NCBI GenBank assembly: GCA_963713605.1 | Contig: CAVQMO010000010.1 | Coordinates: 1 to 64,000, forward strand | Source: an uncultured Nitrososphaerales archaeon | GTDB lineage: Archaea > Thermoproteota > Nitrososphaeria > Nitrososphaerales > Nitrososphaeraceae | DNA: 64,000 nucleotides | Reading direction: 5' to 3' | Part shown: positions 1-11,789 of the stretch, piece by piece | Position numbering within the stretch: the stretch's first letter is position 1 | Layout of the letters: every line of letters starts with the position of its first letter | Position numbers and translations under genes: made by a program | Notes under the pieces: generated by a model | What the model was told of the DNA's origin: nothing | What the model saw: only the letters and a program-made list of their open reading frames with translations | Database searches by the model: none

Positions 1-182
1 TAGTGGGATGGTGGGACGAATCACCTCGGACCAAAAAAATAATGCCATTCAAGCGAGCATGGTCTGAAGAAGAATGTCTGGCTATGCACTAATAGTGTAG
101 TAGAAAAAATATCAGATTAATTGAATACACAGTTATATTTTCCAGAAGTTATTTGGACACTATCAAGCTTGCCATCAACAGA

Positions 183-575
183 TTACCTATAGAATTCCAT
201 TTCTATACTTCTTATTGGATCATATTTTATTCTAAATGATTCGTCAGTCGAGATGGGTAATAGTTCAGTATCATGTGAATTACAACCATGACAAACAAGC
301 AACGATGAAGATGAAGCGTCAATTCCAAAGTAAGTTGCACACCAATAACATGAATTGCAAATCACAAAAGAGATTGGACTTGTACGTTTGTTTGCCTTTA
401 TGTCTAAGATACTAGAAGAGATCTTGGAAGTTTGTGATGCCACCTCTATGAATGAATATTCTGTTCCATTGACTAGATGCAATAAACTAGGGGCTATTTC
501 AGTTATTTGACATGAGTTTTTTAAACGATGTAGCACTTCTATGCTGTTGCCGTAACCAGAGTCAACATCTGTCAT
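183..575 (-). CDS. Zn-ribbon protein (CxxC...CxxC), lineage-specific
   Basis: Motifs VICNSCYWCATY and CHGC; C-terminal half is paralogous to 1794..2078. Confidence 0.6.
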   Translation of the reverse strand: MTDVDSGYGNSIEVLHRLKNSCQITEIAPSLLHLVNGTEYSFIEVASQTSKISSSILDIKANKRTSPISFVICNSCYWCATYFGIDASSSSLLVCHGCNSHDTELLPISTDESFRIKYDPIRSIEMEFYR

Positions 576-969
576 TTTACCCAGTTAAAGGGTTTGCTCT
601 AACGGCACACTAATATCTGGTGAGCTGAAACAAATATTATTTTTTTTATTCACCGTTTTTATAACAATTCTCATCTGCCTTAATCTTGTTAACCAAAGAA
701 TTGATTCAGTCGTTGACCATCTATCCAGATGAGCGAATCAATCGGATACTGAAATTTATTGAAGAGAAACAAAATGGACGGCTGTATTTCGTGCAAAGAA
801 CCTATTACTAAAAATCATGTCGCATCACATCATATAATATAGTCCACCATTTAGGCCGAATTCACTCTAAAATAACAATTCATATCAGTCGGAAACAATA
901 ACTATTACGGTAGTAACAGATAACAACAGATCGAAAAAGCTTTGTAGCGCTGATTGCCAATAGAATATA

Positions 970-1581
970 TTGCAAGTGGTATTAAACAAGCAAGAAAAAG
1001 AGCAGTTGGTAATTAAGCTCTATCAAGAAGGTAAGCCAATCCGGCAGATTGCACAGCAGGCACATTTATCATTTGGAACTATAGGCAAGATCATTAGACG
1101 GATAAATAGTCGAGAAGGTGAAATTATGCCGAATGATCTAAGCGGTAAAAGCAAAGAAACTCAAGCCTTATCCCTGTTCTTGCAAGGTAAGCGCCCCGTT
1201 GACGTTGCTATAGAATTAGATCTTTCGTCCAATGAGGTAGAGAATATATTACAAGAGTTCTGGAATTTGAATGAGCTTCATGAGCTGGCATCCGTTTACA
1301 ATGAGATTAAGGCTTACCTACCGTCTTTTCTGAAGCTATTTCATTGTTTGAAAAAACACAAAATGCTGAGCGAGAAACATATCAATAATATTCTTAGATA
1401 TGCCGGCAATGATTTACCCCAACTAACCGACAGAGTTCAATGTCTTACAAATGACGTAATAAATCTAGAAGGTCAAAAAAGAAATTTGATGAATAAACTA
1501 ATACTATGGAATGCCCAATTATCTGATTTGGGCAGAGCTATCGATATCAAAAACCAACAACTAAAAAAAATGGATAAATAA
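970..1581 (+). CDS. Double helix-turn-helix / coiled-coil protein
   Basis: Two HTH-like segments (GKPIRQIAQQAHLSFGTIGKII, GKRPVDVAIELDL) and a coiled-coil C-terminus. Confidence 0.65.
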   Translation: MQVVLNKQEKEQLVIKLYQEGKPIRQIAQQAHLSFGTIGKIIRRINSREGEIMPNDLSGKSKETQALSLFLQGKRPVDVAIELDLSSNEVENILQEFWNLNELHELASVYNEIKAYLPSFLKLFHCLKKHKMLSEKHINNILRYAGNDLPQLTDRVQCLTNDVINLEGQKRNLMNKLILWNAQLSDLGRAIDIKNQQLKKMDK

Positions 1582-1793
1582 ATGTAAATAATCTGTAAAC
1601 TAACAGCATTTTGAAACGAGGCTCTTTTTTTATGAAGTTCTACCTTTTACAAAGATATACCGATAACAGTTCTCACATGAAATATATGTATCTTCATCAC
1701 CAATGTCTACTTCGTAGACTTTACCACATTCGCATGTTCTTGTTTCTTTGATCAACTCGGGGTTTCAGGCTGGACTTGTCGTTATCCGATAGA

Positions 1794-2078
1794 TCATCTA
1801 TAGAATTCTATCTGCATGCCTCTTGTTGGATTATATTCTATTCTGAATGATTCATCGGTCGATATAGGCATCAACTCGGTATTATGTAAACCACAAGCAT
1901 GACAAGCTAGTGGCGATGATAATGATACATTAATCCCTAAGTAAGTTGCACACCAATAACACGAATTACAGATCACGAAATAAATTTGATGGGTAGGTTT
2001 TTCTTGTTTTGCATCTACACTGCTAGAAGAGATCTTTGCTGTTTGCAATAAGTCATATACTAAATTAAGCCTAATCAT
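1794..2078 (-). CDS. Zn-ribbon protein, paralog of 183..575
   Basis: FVICNSCYWCATY...CHAC...PISTDESFRI shared with 183..575. Confidence 0.6.
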   Translation of the reverse strand: MIRLNLVYDLLQTAKISSSSVDAKQEKPTHQIYFVICNSCYWCATYLGINVSLSSPLACHACGLHNTELMPISTDESFRIEYNPTRGMQIEFYR

Positions 2079-2325
2079 TTCAAAGTTTTTGATCGTAATC
2101 TTAGTTTTTATTAGTTATCATGTGTATCTATAGAGTGTAAATATAGGTATGTATTTCATTGCCCTCGGAATATGATTAATTCTAACTAGACACTTCTCCC
2201 TTTTCTTATTGTCAAAACCTACTTGGGATGCTATTGCTTTCATACTAACGGTTTCATTCCTATGTCTGTACCAATGTTGACTTGCGAATTATCAAAAAAT
2301 TGGTACAGAGCCTATATACACTGTT

Positions 2326-4175
2326 TTAAGATACGGCTATTGATGGATTACCACCAGTATGGCTTAGAGTCGACGACTGTGGTTCAAAACTAGCTCCCCC
2401 GTCGGTATTTCTTCGATATAATACCTCAGCAGCAGCTGAAAGATACCATATTATATGGACATTACTACCTGATACAGTTATCGATGGCAAGAACGATTGA
2501 AAAGATTCATTGCTTATATTTAATGTGCTACCGAAATTAACTCCACTGTTTGTACTCCTCCTATAGAGTATCTCATCATTACCTGGAGTGTTATCGAACC
2601 ATGCCACGTAGACATTAGCACCTGATACAGCTATCGATGGAAATTGTGAAATCCCAGCATTGTTGCTTAGATTGACTAAGCTACCGAAATTAACTCCACC
2701 GTCAGTACTATTCTTTTATAAAATATCTCGCTGGGGCCTGCACTGTCGTCCTGCCAAACTAGAAAGATATTACTGCCCGATGCTGCTATCGAGGGATTTG
2801 TTGAAGCACCAGATGTGTTGCTTAGATTGACTAAGCTACCGAAATTAACTCCACCGTCATTATTCTTTTATAAAATATCTCGCTTGTGCCTAGACTATTA
2901 TCAACCCATGCCACGTGGACATTATTACCTGATACGGTTATTGATGGAGCGAGCGAGCCCCCGGGGGTATTGCTTAGATTTACAGTAGGTTCAAAACTAA
3001 CTCCCCCGTCCGTGCTCCTTCTATAGAATACCTCGTCGACACCTAGATTATTATCAACCCATACAACATAGACGTTATTACCTGATATAGCTATTACTGG
3101 ATCAATTGAATTCCCGCCGTTGTTGCTTAGATTTATAGAACAACACCACAAATTTCCGCCATCTGTACTCCTTGTATAGAATATCTCTCCATTATTGAAT
3201 CCGGTAGATTCGTACCATACTACATGGACATTATTTTTAGATGCAGCTATTGAGGGAAGTAGTGACTCACCAGCGTTGTTGCTTAGATTAATGGTATAAG
3301 GATCAAAACCACCTCCATCCCTTTGATAGAATATATCATTGTTGCCTGGAGAAAAATCTTGATATACTGTGTGAACTAGATCTTCTTTTATCTTTGCCGC
3401 TGTCACTGCATCGTCAGTTATCTTCGACGCTGTTACTGCATTATTTGCTATGGCATTAGTTCCTATCTGTTTCATCGTATAAGCAGTAGATTGTGTTGGA
3501 CCATCTATTATCACATTCGCTGCATCTCTGGTGGCAACTATGACCTTCAAGTTAGAGCTAGGATTTATCGGATTGTTAATATTAGAGAATTCTAGTCTAA
3601 TCTTTGTACCCGCGGGTACATTAACAGCATTCGTTACTGTATAAGTTATTGTTTGTCCGGATTTACTTGCGAGTACCATGACCTATTCCTTCTGCTTCAT
3701 TAAAGAAAGCACTATTTGGTATTGTCGTACCTGCTGGAAATGTTACTTCTATCTTCTTTATCGCACCTGCAGAAGCTGTTAGAAATACAACATCATAAAA
3801 AGAATTAGTGTTTACAATATTGTTTGTTGGTCTTGCAGATACTGAACCAAGTGTCGCCTGAGTAGTGAAATCTTTATTATTGTTGGCGCTATCAGTAGGT
3901 GCTATAGAAGATGGAGCAGCAGTTGTAGGTGTGGGCGAAGGTGACGATGAGGGGATATCTGAGACAGGTATATTGGCATGATAACCACTTGAATCACCTT
4001 GCAGTTGTGCAACTACATCCGCTACTAATGCCATCTCTTTATTCTGGATACCAGAAATAATGGCTGGATAAACACTGGATGATATTATTAGAAACATTGG
4101 TACAAGCATCAGTGTAAAGGGTGAGTGACTAGAGTAAATTCTTCCTATTCTCGTGATTCTAAATGGGTTGGACAA
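2326..4175 (-). CDS. Surface protein, family member A: conserved middle domain plus BNR/Asp-box (sialidase-like propeller) repeats; frameshifted
   Basis: ORFs 3663..4175, 2831..3679 and 2326..2607 join; N-terminal hydrophobic segment; repeated RSTDGGxxF...NLSN motifs. Confidence 0.75.
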
Positions 4176-4352
4176 TTTCGTTTTCCAAGTGAAAGAACAG
4201 AATCTGGTATTATCTGTATTTGGTTACTCTTGACTACCTAATTTATACCATAATTGTTATGTAAACTTCGAGGGTGCTATTGAACCTAACAGCCAGGAAG
4301 GGTTAACTAATGAACGAATCACCTATTAATTCTTAAAGCAATGTATACAAAG

Positions 4353-4439
4353 CTATGGCAAAGACTGAGGCAGACAGTTTACTAGAGCGAAGAAATCGAA
4401 AGGGGAGGTAGGATGTGAATTGTACATGGTTACAAGCCA
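4353..4439 (-). pseudogene. Orphan 3' end (28 codons plus stop) of a surface-protein paralog
   Basis: Translates WLVTMYNSHPTSPFDFFALVNCLPQSLP*, 25/28 aa identical to the end of 8614..8976. Confidence 0.8.
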
Positions 4440-4699
4440 ATAGTAAGGTTAGTAACAAATTGAACTATCGGATAGTTCAAGAAGAGCTTATTTATGGCAA
4501 TTAAGCACTGAACAAGTCATGCCGGGATATTTTTTTTGGCTGACGTGCAGTATATGACAAGATTCGAGTCATCGATATAGCGCAAGGAAATAAGAATTTT
4601 TGAACAGGTAGAGCTTGAAAAAAAGAACTACAAAAAATCACGTTATCGAATCTAAAATAGAGAGAAAAGAAGGCATTAGGTATTATGTGAACTAATCTT

Positions 4700-5650
4700 T
4701 TAGGGCGCTGGTAGTCCACATAATGCTATTGGCTCAAGTTCATCAGTGTTTGAACTTGGGTTAAATGCGGCAACACGCCATGCGTCCACAAGTCCATCGC
4801 CGTCTGTATCGATAGCGAATGAACTCACTACATTCAAAAGTCCGTCACTATTCGAACCAAACCCTCCACCCTGAATTACTTCAGGTGCTATACAACCGAC
4901 AACTGCAACCCCAAATGAATTTGAATTAACGTCCACGAGCTCACCAGAGCGTTGAAGACCTTTTGGACTTATAGCGCCATCAGCTATCTTGTTCGTTGTT
5001 ATGGCGTCATCTGCAATGTCTGCTGTTCCCATCTGTTTTATTTTGTATGCTATAGACTGTGTGGGTCCATCAATAACAGTATTAGCAGCATTTCTAGTTG
5101 TTACTGTGACCTTATAATTAGTACTGGAAGTTTGTGGATTATTGATATTTGCAAACTCTAGCCTTATCTTTGTACCTGCTGGTACATTTACTGCATTAGT
5201 TACTGTATAGGTTATAGTTTGTCCAGATGTCCTGACCGTACCTGGACCTATACCTTCGGCTTCGTTGAAACTAGCGCCGGTTGGTACTGCGGTACCAGCT
5301 GGGAAAGTGACTTGTATCCTTTTTATTGTGCCTGAAGTAGCTGTTATAAAAACGATGTCATAGAATGAATTGGTATTGACAATATTATTTGTTGGTCGTG
5401 CACTCACAGATCCAAGAGTTGCTTGCGTAGTGAAATCGCTTCCGTCCTGACCTATCGTTGATGGTGTCGTTGTAGTAGTGGTAGGATTAACTAAAGCCGA
5501 TGCTGTTGAGGGATCAAAGATCAAGATAGGTGGGGATATTACCATAGGGACGAGAATGAATGTAATTACAAATCTTGTTGTCGCTCGTAGTCCTACAGTT
5601 TTTTTCAGATTTAATGGTTCCAATGATCTCGACAAACCGCTAGCTATCAT
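4700..5650 (-). CDS. Surface protein, family member B
   Basis: Hydrophobic N-terminus, Thr-rich linker, shared TTQATLGSVSARPTNNIVNT domain, IADDAITTNKIADGAI repeats, Cys-bounded C-terminal domain with GGGF. Confidence 0.8.
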   Translation of the reverse strand: MIASGLSRSLEPLNLKKTVGLRATTRFVITFILVPMVISPPILIFDPSTASALVNPTTTTTTPSTIGQDGSDFTTQATLGSVSARPTNNIVNTNSFYDIVFITATSGTIKRIQVTFPAGTAVPTGASFNEAEGIGPGTVRTSGQTITYTVTNAVNVPAGTKIRLEFANINNPQTSSTNYKVTVTTRNAANTVIDGPTQSIAYKIKQMGTADIADDAITTNKIADGAISPKGLQRSGELVDVNSNSFGVAVVGCIAPEVIQGGGFGSNSDGLLNVVSSFAIDTDGDGLVDAWRVAAFNPSSNTDELEPIALCGLPAP

Positions 5651-5698
5651 ATAACATAGTATTATTTACTATAGCCTTAATGTGCATTTGGTAGATTA

Positions 5699-5722
5699 TG
5701 TTACTCAGATTTATGTTACTCT
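5699..5722 (-). promoter_or_regulatory. Conserved upstream direct repeat TGTTACTC-N7-TGTTACTC
   Basis: tgttactcagatttatgttactct, 23/24 identical to 7097..7120, about 50 bp upstream of the start codon. Confidence 0.55.
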
Positions 5723-6051
5723 TTTTACATAAGAATCAGGAAGTCTAAGGATCTCCCCCCTATTTGGCGCGCTTTATATATGAAGATACTTAACGGCGGC
5801 AATGTCTGATAAAGAAAAATTTTCCGCTTTGCAAGACTAGCACTGCTCCTGTTGCATAGTTGCATAATGCTAGCCGAAAGCAATCAAGTATATCATCATG
5901 AGATGTCTGTGTCTTGTCCGGCTTCCAATAATTAACTGCCTGTTAGGGAACTGCCAGGAATGTACCAATCATATGCGTACCATTGTAAGCATAAGACCTT
6001 TCTTTGATGTCAAACGTGATCGTACATACACTATCTGTCTTTGCAGTCCTC

Positions 6052-7047
6052 TTAAGGCATGGATGCCATGCATGTTGCCTCAGCCGCGAACCCGAATGTT
6101 TCACTCGGACTCGAATTGTACATAAAAGCTCTCCACTGACCGGATCCACTTTGTAAGCTATCTGTCGCATGCAAGAAAGGTTCAGCACCATCATCCACTG
6201 TAAAGCCCCCGCCAGTAACACGCGGATGACTCGCAGGACATGATACATCTGCAGAATCAGATGTTTCTGGCATAAGAGATTTAAAGGCACCTGTTACTAG
6301 TATAGTTTCTCCAGGTGGAATTGACCCATCCGCTATAGCATTAGCACCTATCTGCTTTATAGTATAGGCAGTGGATTGTGTTGGACCATCGATAATGGTA
6401 TTGCCTGAGTTTCTAGTTGTCACTGTAACCTTGTAGCTAGCACTAGGATTTAGCGGGTTGTTGATATTTGAGAATTCTAATCTAATCTTTGTACCTACAG
6501 GCACATTTATAGCATTATTAACGGTGTATGTTATTGTCTGTCCAGTTACATCACTTACGAAACCAGGACCTATCCCCTCTGCTTCATTAAAACTAGCACT
6601 AGTTGGTAAAGTGGTACCAGCTGGAAAGGTCACCTGTATAAATTTAATTACACCTGCCTTACCAGTCACAAAAACAACATCGTAGAAAGATTTTGTGTTT
6701 ACGATATTATTTGTTGGCCTTGCGCTCACAGATCCAAGAGCAGCTTGAATGCTGGGGGTTCCAACTATAATATGGAGAGAACTTTCTGTAGAATGGCTTG
6801 TGGATGATAATGTTGCTAGAGTAGCGTGATCGTTGCTGGTATCAATCCTCTTATTTGTTGTCTTGAAATGTTTAACAGGACCTGCAGCTGCAAGCAGAGT
6901 TGGATTAAGAAAGATCAAAACAGGTGAAGACATTACCATAGTTACGAAAATAAATATAATAGCCACTCTTGTTGTTGTTTGTTGTCTTAAAGTATTTTTC
7001 AATATTGACACCACACCCACTCTTGATGCTAACGAACCTGCATTCAT
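6052..7047 (-). CDS. Surface protein, family member C
   Basis: Same shared domain; C-terminal domain SCPASHPRVTGGGF...WRAFMYN...ATC. Confidence 0.8.
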   Translation of the reverse strand: MNAGSLASRVGVVSILKNTLRQQTTTRVAIIFIFVTMVMSSPVLIFLNPTLLAAAGPVKHFKTTNKRIDTSNDHATLATLSSTSHSTESSLHIIVGTPSIQAALGSVSARPTNNIVNTKSFYDVVFVTGKAGVIKFIQVTFPAGTTLPTSASFNEAEGIGPGFVSDVTGQTITYTVNNAINVPVGTKIRLEFSNINNPLNPSASYKVTVTTRNSGNTIIDGPTQSTAYTIKQIGANAIADGSIPPGETILVTGAFKSLMPETSDSADVSCPASHPRVTGGGFTVDDGAEPFLHATDSLQSGSGQWRAFMYNSSPSETFGFAAEATCMASMP

Positions 7048-7096
7048 TCTATATCACAGGATATTGTTGCAGCCCTTTTGTGCATTTAGTAGGATC

Positions 7097-7120
7097 TGTT
7101 ACTCACATTTATGTTACTCT
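7097..7120 (-). promoter_or_regulatory. Conserved upstream direct repeat TGTTACTC-N7-TGTTACTC
   Basis: tgttactcacatttatgttactct, second copy, upstream of member C. Confidence 0.55.
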
Positions 7121-7965
7121 TGTTCTCTAATATTCAGTAAGTTTTTTGTGAACTGCCTGCCCATACTGCTAGTTAGGTGGTGCTGGCCTAAGAACCTATG
7201 CGTGCACTTTGCCGAGTCTGATCTGGTTGCAATAAAGAGGACGTCGTAGACTATTTTGAGAATGTCAAACTTGTCCCGCTGCCCCGATGCATGTTAGTAG
7301 AGGAAATAGAGAGAATCAATTAAGAATATCGCATTACTGATAGTTTTGCCTACATAGAATAACTGATCGCTATTGGCATGCATGGAAGCGGAAGTTGCCT
7401 GGCTTTTCACTGCCTGTAAAGTCAAAGTGTCAAATGAGAAGATGATAAAACCGTGTCTCTTTAAGCAAGTTAAACTGTTCGTCGTCTTCTACATCTTCTG
7501 AATGTTGACTGCTTCTTTGCTCCTGAGTTGTCAGATGAACCTGAGATACTTGCATTATTTGACGAATCCCGTTCGACACTGGAGCCATCTTCTATCAGAC
7601 ATAGTAATGATAGTCTTAATGCGTCTAATATGTCATTTGAACTACTTTGTGTCTTGTGACAGCTCTGTCAAAATGACTTAAGGAGCCCTTCAAGGGCAGG
7701 AATGACTTTATCGAGCTGAAGATTGCTCGGAATAAATACTAACGATATTCTAGTAAGGGCTATTTGTAGGAAGAATTTAAGGGTATTAGTATCAATTGGC
7801 CATGTATGCATTTTTTCAATTTCATCTAGTGTGTCTTCATAAGGAGAAGCTTTGGCGTTATAAGAATTAGCATCATCTGCTGACCGTTCCGGATCATGTA
7901 TACTGATTATCCTATTACGCCAATAAGATATGTTTGGAAATACTTCACCAAGTACCTAGCTTCCT

Positions 7966-8355
7966 TTGCCGATCCAATGTTCTCTGTATTATGATTTGAG
8001 GGATAAAGAAATCTGTTCTGAGCCGCTCGATATCGAATTTGAAGGAAGCGGATTCTTCATAAGCAATGACAGATTCTTTATTACTGCTCGACACATCCTT
8101 GACAGGTGTAAGACTAGGCGGAAGGAGATTAAGATATCTGAAGGGCGTGAAACATTAGAGGTAATTTACAGTGCCTTTTCCTGGGAAGGTGAACTTTCTT
8201 ACAACATTGCGCCCATCACTGATCGAAATGCGGTGAGAATAAAGGGAACAAGTCAAGGTTATCCCATATTAATTTTGAATGTGAAAACGAGGCAGGACGA
8301 CGGCCAATCATTGAACGGGTGCAGAAAGGGCAGGCTGCCCCCATCCCCACAATGA
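7966..8355 (+). pseudogene. N-terminal fragment of a trypsin-like serine protease
   Basis: EGSGFFI...FITARHIL matches the GSGF/TAxH motifs; no GxSG motif follows. Confidence 0.45.
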
Positions 8356-8613
8356 ATTGGGTCCATGTCTAACAGTAGTGCAATGAGACACTGTTAGTGA
8401 TAAGCCATGAAAAGGTAGGCTGACCATGAGATGTGCCAATATGGCAGCCGTCCTACCCTTTGCTTTTTTGGAACGTTGGCAGTAACTTGTGAAAGTAGAT
8501 TGCCAACTCCAAAGTTCATATAATCCATTATAAAAAAATTAGAAAGGTAGAACACCAGAAAATGCTAAATGCTTAAAGCCCACAGTGATATCTTGAACCC
8601 TCAAAACAATAGA

Positions 8614-9524
8614 TTATGGCAAAGATTGAGGCAAGCAATTTACTAGAGCGAAGAAAGTGAAAGAACTGGTTGGATGTGAATTGTACATGGTTACACTCCA
8701 CGCCGTTGAAGAAGTTTTAAAGCTATGAACTACTTGCATAAATGGTTCAGCGCCGGTAGCCGGGACAAAATTAGCTCCAGAAATGGCTATCTGGCCAGTA
8801 GGACAACTTGCTGTTGCAGTATTACTTGCCTGAGGAAGTACAGTTGTAGTAACACCACCAAATTGTGTATCCGTAGGAAGATTAATTGCCCCATCAGCTA
8901 TAGCATTAGCACCTATCTGCTTTATATTGTAAGCAGTAGATTGCGTAGGACCATCTATTATGGTACTTAGCTGCATTTCTAGTTGTGACTGTAACCTTGT
9001 AATTAGTACTGGGATTCAGTGGATTGTTTATGTTGGAAAATTCTAATCTAATCTTGGTACCTACAGGTACATTAACAGCATTATTTACCGCGTAGGTTAT
9101 TGTTCGTCCAGTCACATCACTTACGAAACCAGGACCTATTCCCTCTGCCTCATTGAATACCGCAGTAGTTGGTACTGTCAGTACCAACTGGGAAGGTCAC
9201 CTGTATGAACTTAATCACACCTGCTTTGCCAGTAACAAAAACGACATCATAGAAAGATTTGGTATTCACTATATTATTTGTCGGTCTTGCAGTAAGAGAA
9301 GAAAGTGCGGCTTGCGTAGTAAAATCCCCCTTTTTTTCATCTTGGCCTATAGTTGAAGGTGCAGAGGGTGTTGTACTAATGGTAGGGAGGGGCGTAGAAG
9401 TAGAAGGCTTTGCTAATACAGGGTTAACCAGCATAACAGTAGGTGACGAAATAACCATAAGAGCAATAATCAGCGTTATACCAAGTTCTAATCCTGAAGA
9501 CATGGATGGACATCTCACGTTCAT
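8614..9524 (-). CDS. Surface protein, family member D; frameshifted
   Basis: ORFs 9150..9524, 8906..9187 and 8614..8976 join into the same architecture as B and C. Confidence 0.75.
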
Positions 9525-9768
9525 ATATTACAGGTAGTTTTGGCTAGTCTAACTTATCTGCAGTCAGAGACTCTTCTTACCCATATTAGTCATAGATTTT
9601 ATCTCTAACATTCAAAGTATCAATAAATACATACATATTTGATTGTGACTGGCATAAATACTGGGAATGGAAGTAAAATACATTGAACCGTCTTCAATGA
9701 CATCTATTATTTTTGTTATTAGTACGGACAATTCTTCTGTTCTGTTTATGCAGAATGTAATACCTACT

Positions 9769-11339
9769 TCAACTCTTTGGAGGCTCATAGTTACATAAAG
9801 CCAGTCTGAATGAATCCAGTAAATCATCATGCGACGTTTGTTGCTTGTCCAGCCTCCAGTCATCTATCACGACTGCCGTCCTTAGCGATACTATCAGCTT
9901 TTGAAGCGACGGATGGATCTTGATGAACCGCTTGGACATCAACGTATGAGTCCACTGTAGCATTTCTCTGTGTCTCTTCTGGAAGTTGACAGGTATTATC
10001 TGCCAACTGTTACTGCTTCGCAAAGACCAGATCTGTTCTTCTGTTAGCCTGCCATATAGTCGTGATACTCTCCTATCCTTGTTTTTAGTTCTCTTATGAC
10101 TTCCGGATTTGCACCATCTACGTATATCTTTGTTATAGTGATGCCTCTGCTTTAGCTGCATGATATGATTGATGATCTCATTCATCAACGGTTTCTCGAA
10201 GCTCTCTGCATAGAATACTTCCACCTTATTGTTTCTGTACTGGGTAATGACAATGGCAAACTTCGAAGTATCTCCCCATGCCACATCAATGCCCATGCTT
10301 CTTCCTACCATGGTACTTGTGGACCAGTCCATCATTTCCTGGCCTTCATGCCTGAGTGCATATTGCCTGCTTCTATGTCTAGAGTATGGAAGACATTGCC
10401 AACCTTACCCAGAGTACTTTAGATTGTATTCTCTTTCAAAAGAAGGTGATTTCTGTGCCTAGTGCTATCTCTTCCTTCGTGTAGATTTTGTCAAGCCATA
10501 TGTATAGTCAAGGAATAGCCGTTTGTAGAAGCAGGTATCTTCCGGTTCTCTTTCTATCTTTTCAAAGAGACCATCTGGAGCATTAGGAGTCGAGACCATA
10601 ACAATCCATGGATTAGACTTTGCGATGTACCTTTCAGATACATCTCTGGCATCCTGCTGCTGACCAGGTGGAAAGAAGTCTGCCTCATCCAGATAGATGA
10701 ATGATACATTCGTTAGACCTCTCATACTATCGAGGTGATGGATGGATAGGCCTCTATATGGACGCCATTTAATTCGAGAACTGTTTCCTTCGAATCAAAA
10801 ACAGAGAGAATTTCTCTATTTTTGAATAAGCCCTTCATTCTATCAATCAGTGTAATTGCTAACTCTATCCTGGGTCCTGTAACAATGCACATCTGTGAAT
10901 TCCGAGGAATATTTTTCGAAAAACAAAGCCAGGCCATATATCTAAGCATAAACTCGGTAATGCCTAGTCCAGTGGCTTTCTTAATCCATACATGTTTGTG
11001 ATTCTGCAGTGTGTCGAATACTAATTGTTCATAGTCGAATAGTGGATAGGATTGACCATTCTTTTGAGGTAGGCCTATGGCATGATTGAAGCAGCAAAGA
11101 TTTAGGTTACTACCAAAAGTCTCGTTTTGAAGCGAAACTTTTGCGTTAGGTGTGGATGAATTTTGAAATGCTATTTTTTTCGAATAAATTTTCGAAGTTT
11201 CAACTTCTAAATTTGAATTAGGCCACTGACAGTAAAACAGTAGTCCCTGCAGTAATTCGAATTGATTTGGTGCAGTAGTAGTAAATCCGAATTGCTGTTC
11301 GTACCTGTCGAGTATTTTATCGAGACTATATAGTGTCAT
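9769..11339 (-). CDS. Terminase large subunit-like ATPase/RNase H nuclease; frameshifted
   Basis: YEQ motif, WIKKATGLGITE (Walker A-like), IYLDEADFF (Walker B), MVSTPN coupling motif, GIDVAWG and HDDLLDS nuclease motifs. Confidence 0.7.
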
Positions 11340-11789
11340 GTGTGACTAACTCATTGTTTTGAGGCACAAAACCCCTGCCTCGATATCTGTCAATAAAATC
11401 AACTGCCTTCTGAATTACGTTAGCATTGCTAAGAAGTTCTATCTTCATTTGATATGCCTGCATGCCAATTTGTAATGCCTGCAACTTCTCGCGTTCTGTA
11501 ATTGTTATCACACCATTGCTTGAGTTGGCAATATCCCAGGTCTTTGTTAGTATGGCATCCAGACCAACCAAACATTTTTGATATTCAAGGGGAAGGATTT
11601 CATCTGATGGTACTTGCCAATATTATTACGAGCCTGCTCCCGCAAAAATTGCAAGTCCCTGTTCACAGTAGCCATTCCAACTTTCAATACTGACGCTATT
11701 TGATGCTGGTTACGTCCCTCACTTGATAATTCTAATACTTTGTTCCTGCGCCATCGTATGCGTTCCGCTTCGCTACTCAATATTTCCAC
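11326..11789 (-). CDS. HTH protein upstream of the terminase-like gene (small-subunit-like); frameshifted
   Basis: RRNKVLELSSEGRNQHQIASVLKVGMATVNRDL HTH; overlaps the large-subunit start. Confidence 0.6.

Noticed and set aside
2656..2890. Near-identical ~45-bp repeats (ttgcttagattgactaagctaccgaaattaactccaccgtc)
   Set aside because: Explained by the Asp-box protein repeats of surface protein A.
4353..8700. Possible diversity-generating retroelement TR/VR pair
   Set aside because: Mismatches are not confined to adenines, many are synonymous, and no reverse transcriptase is present in the window.
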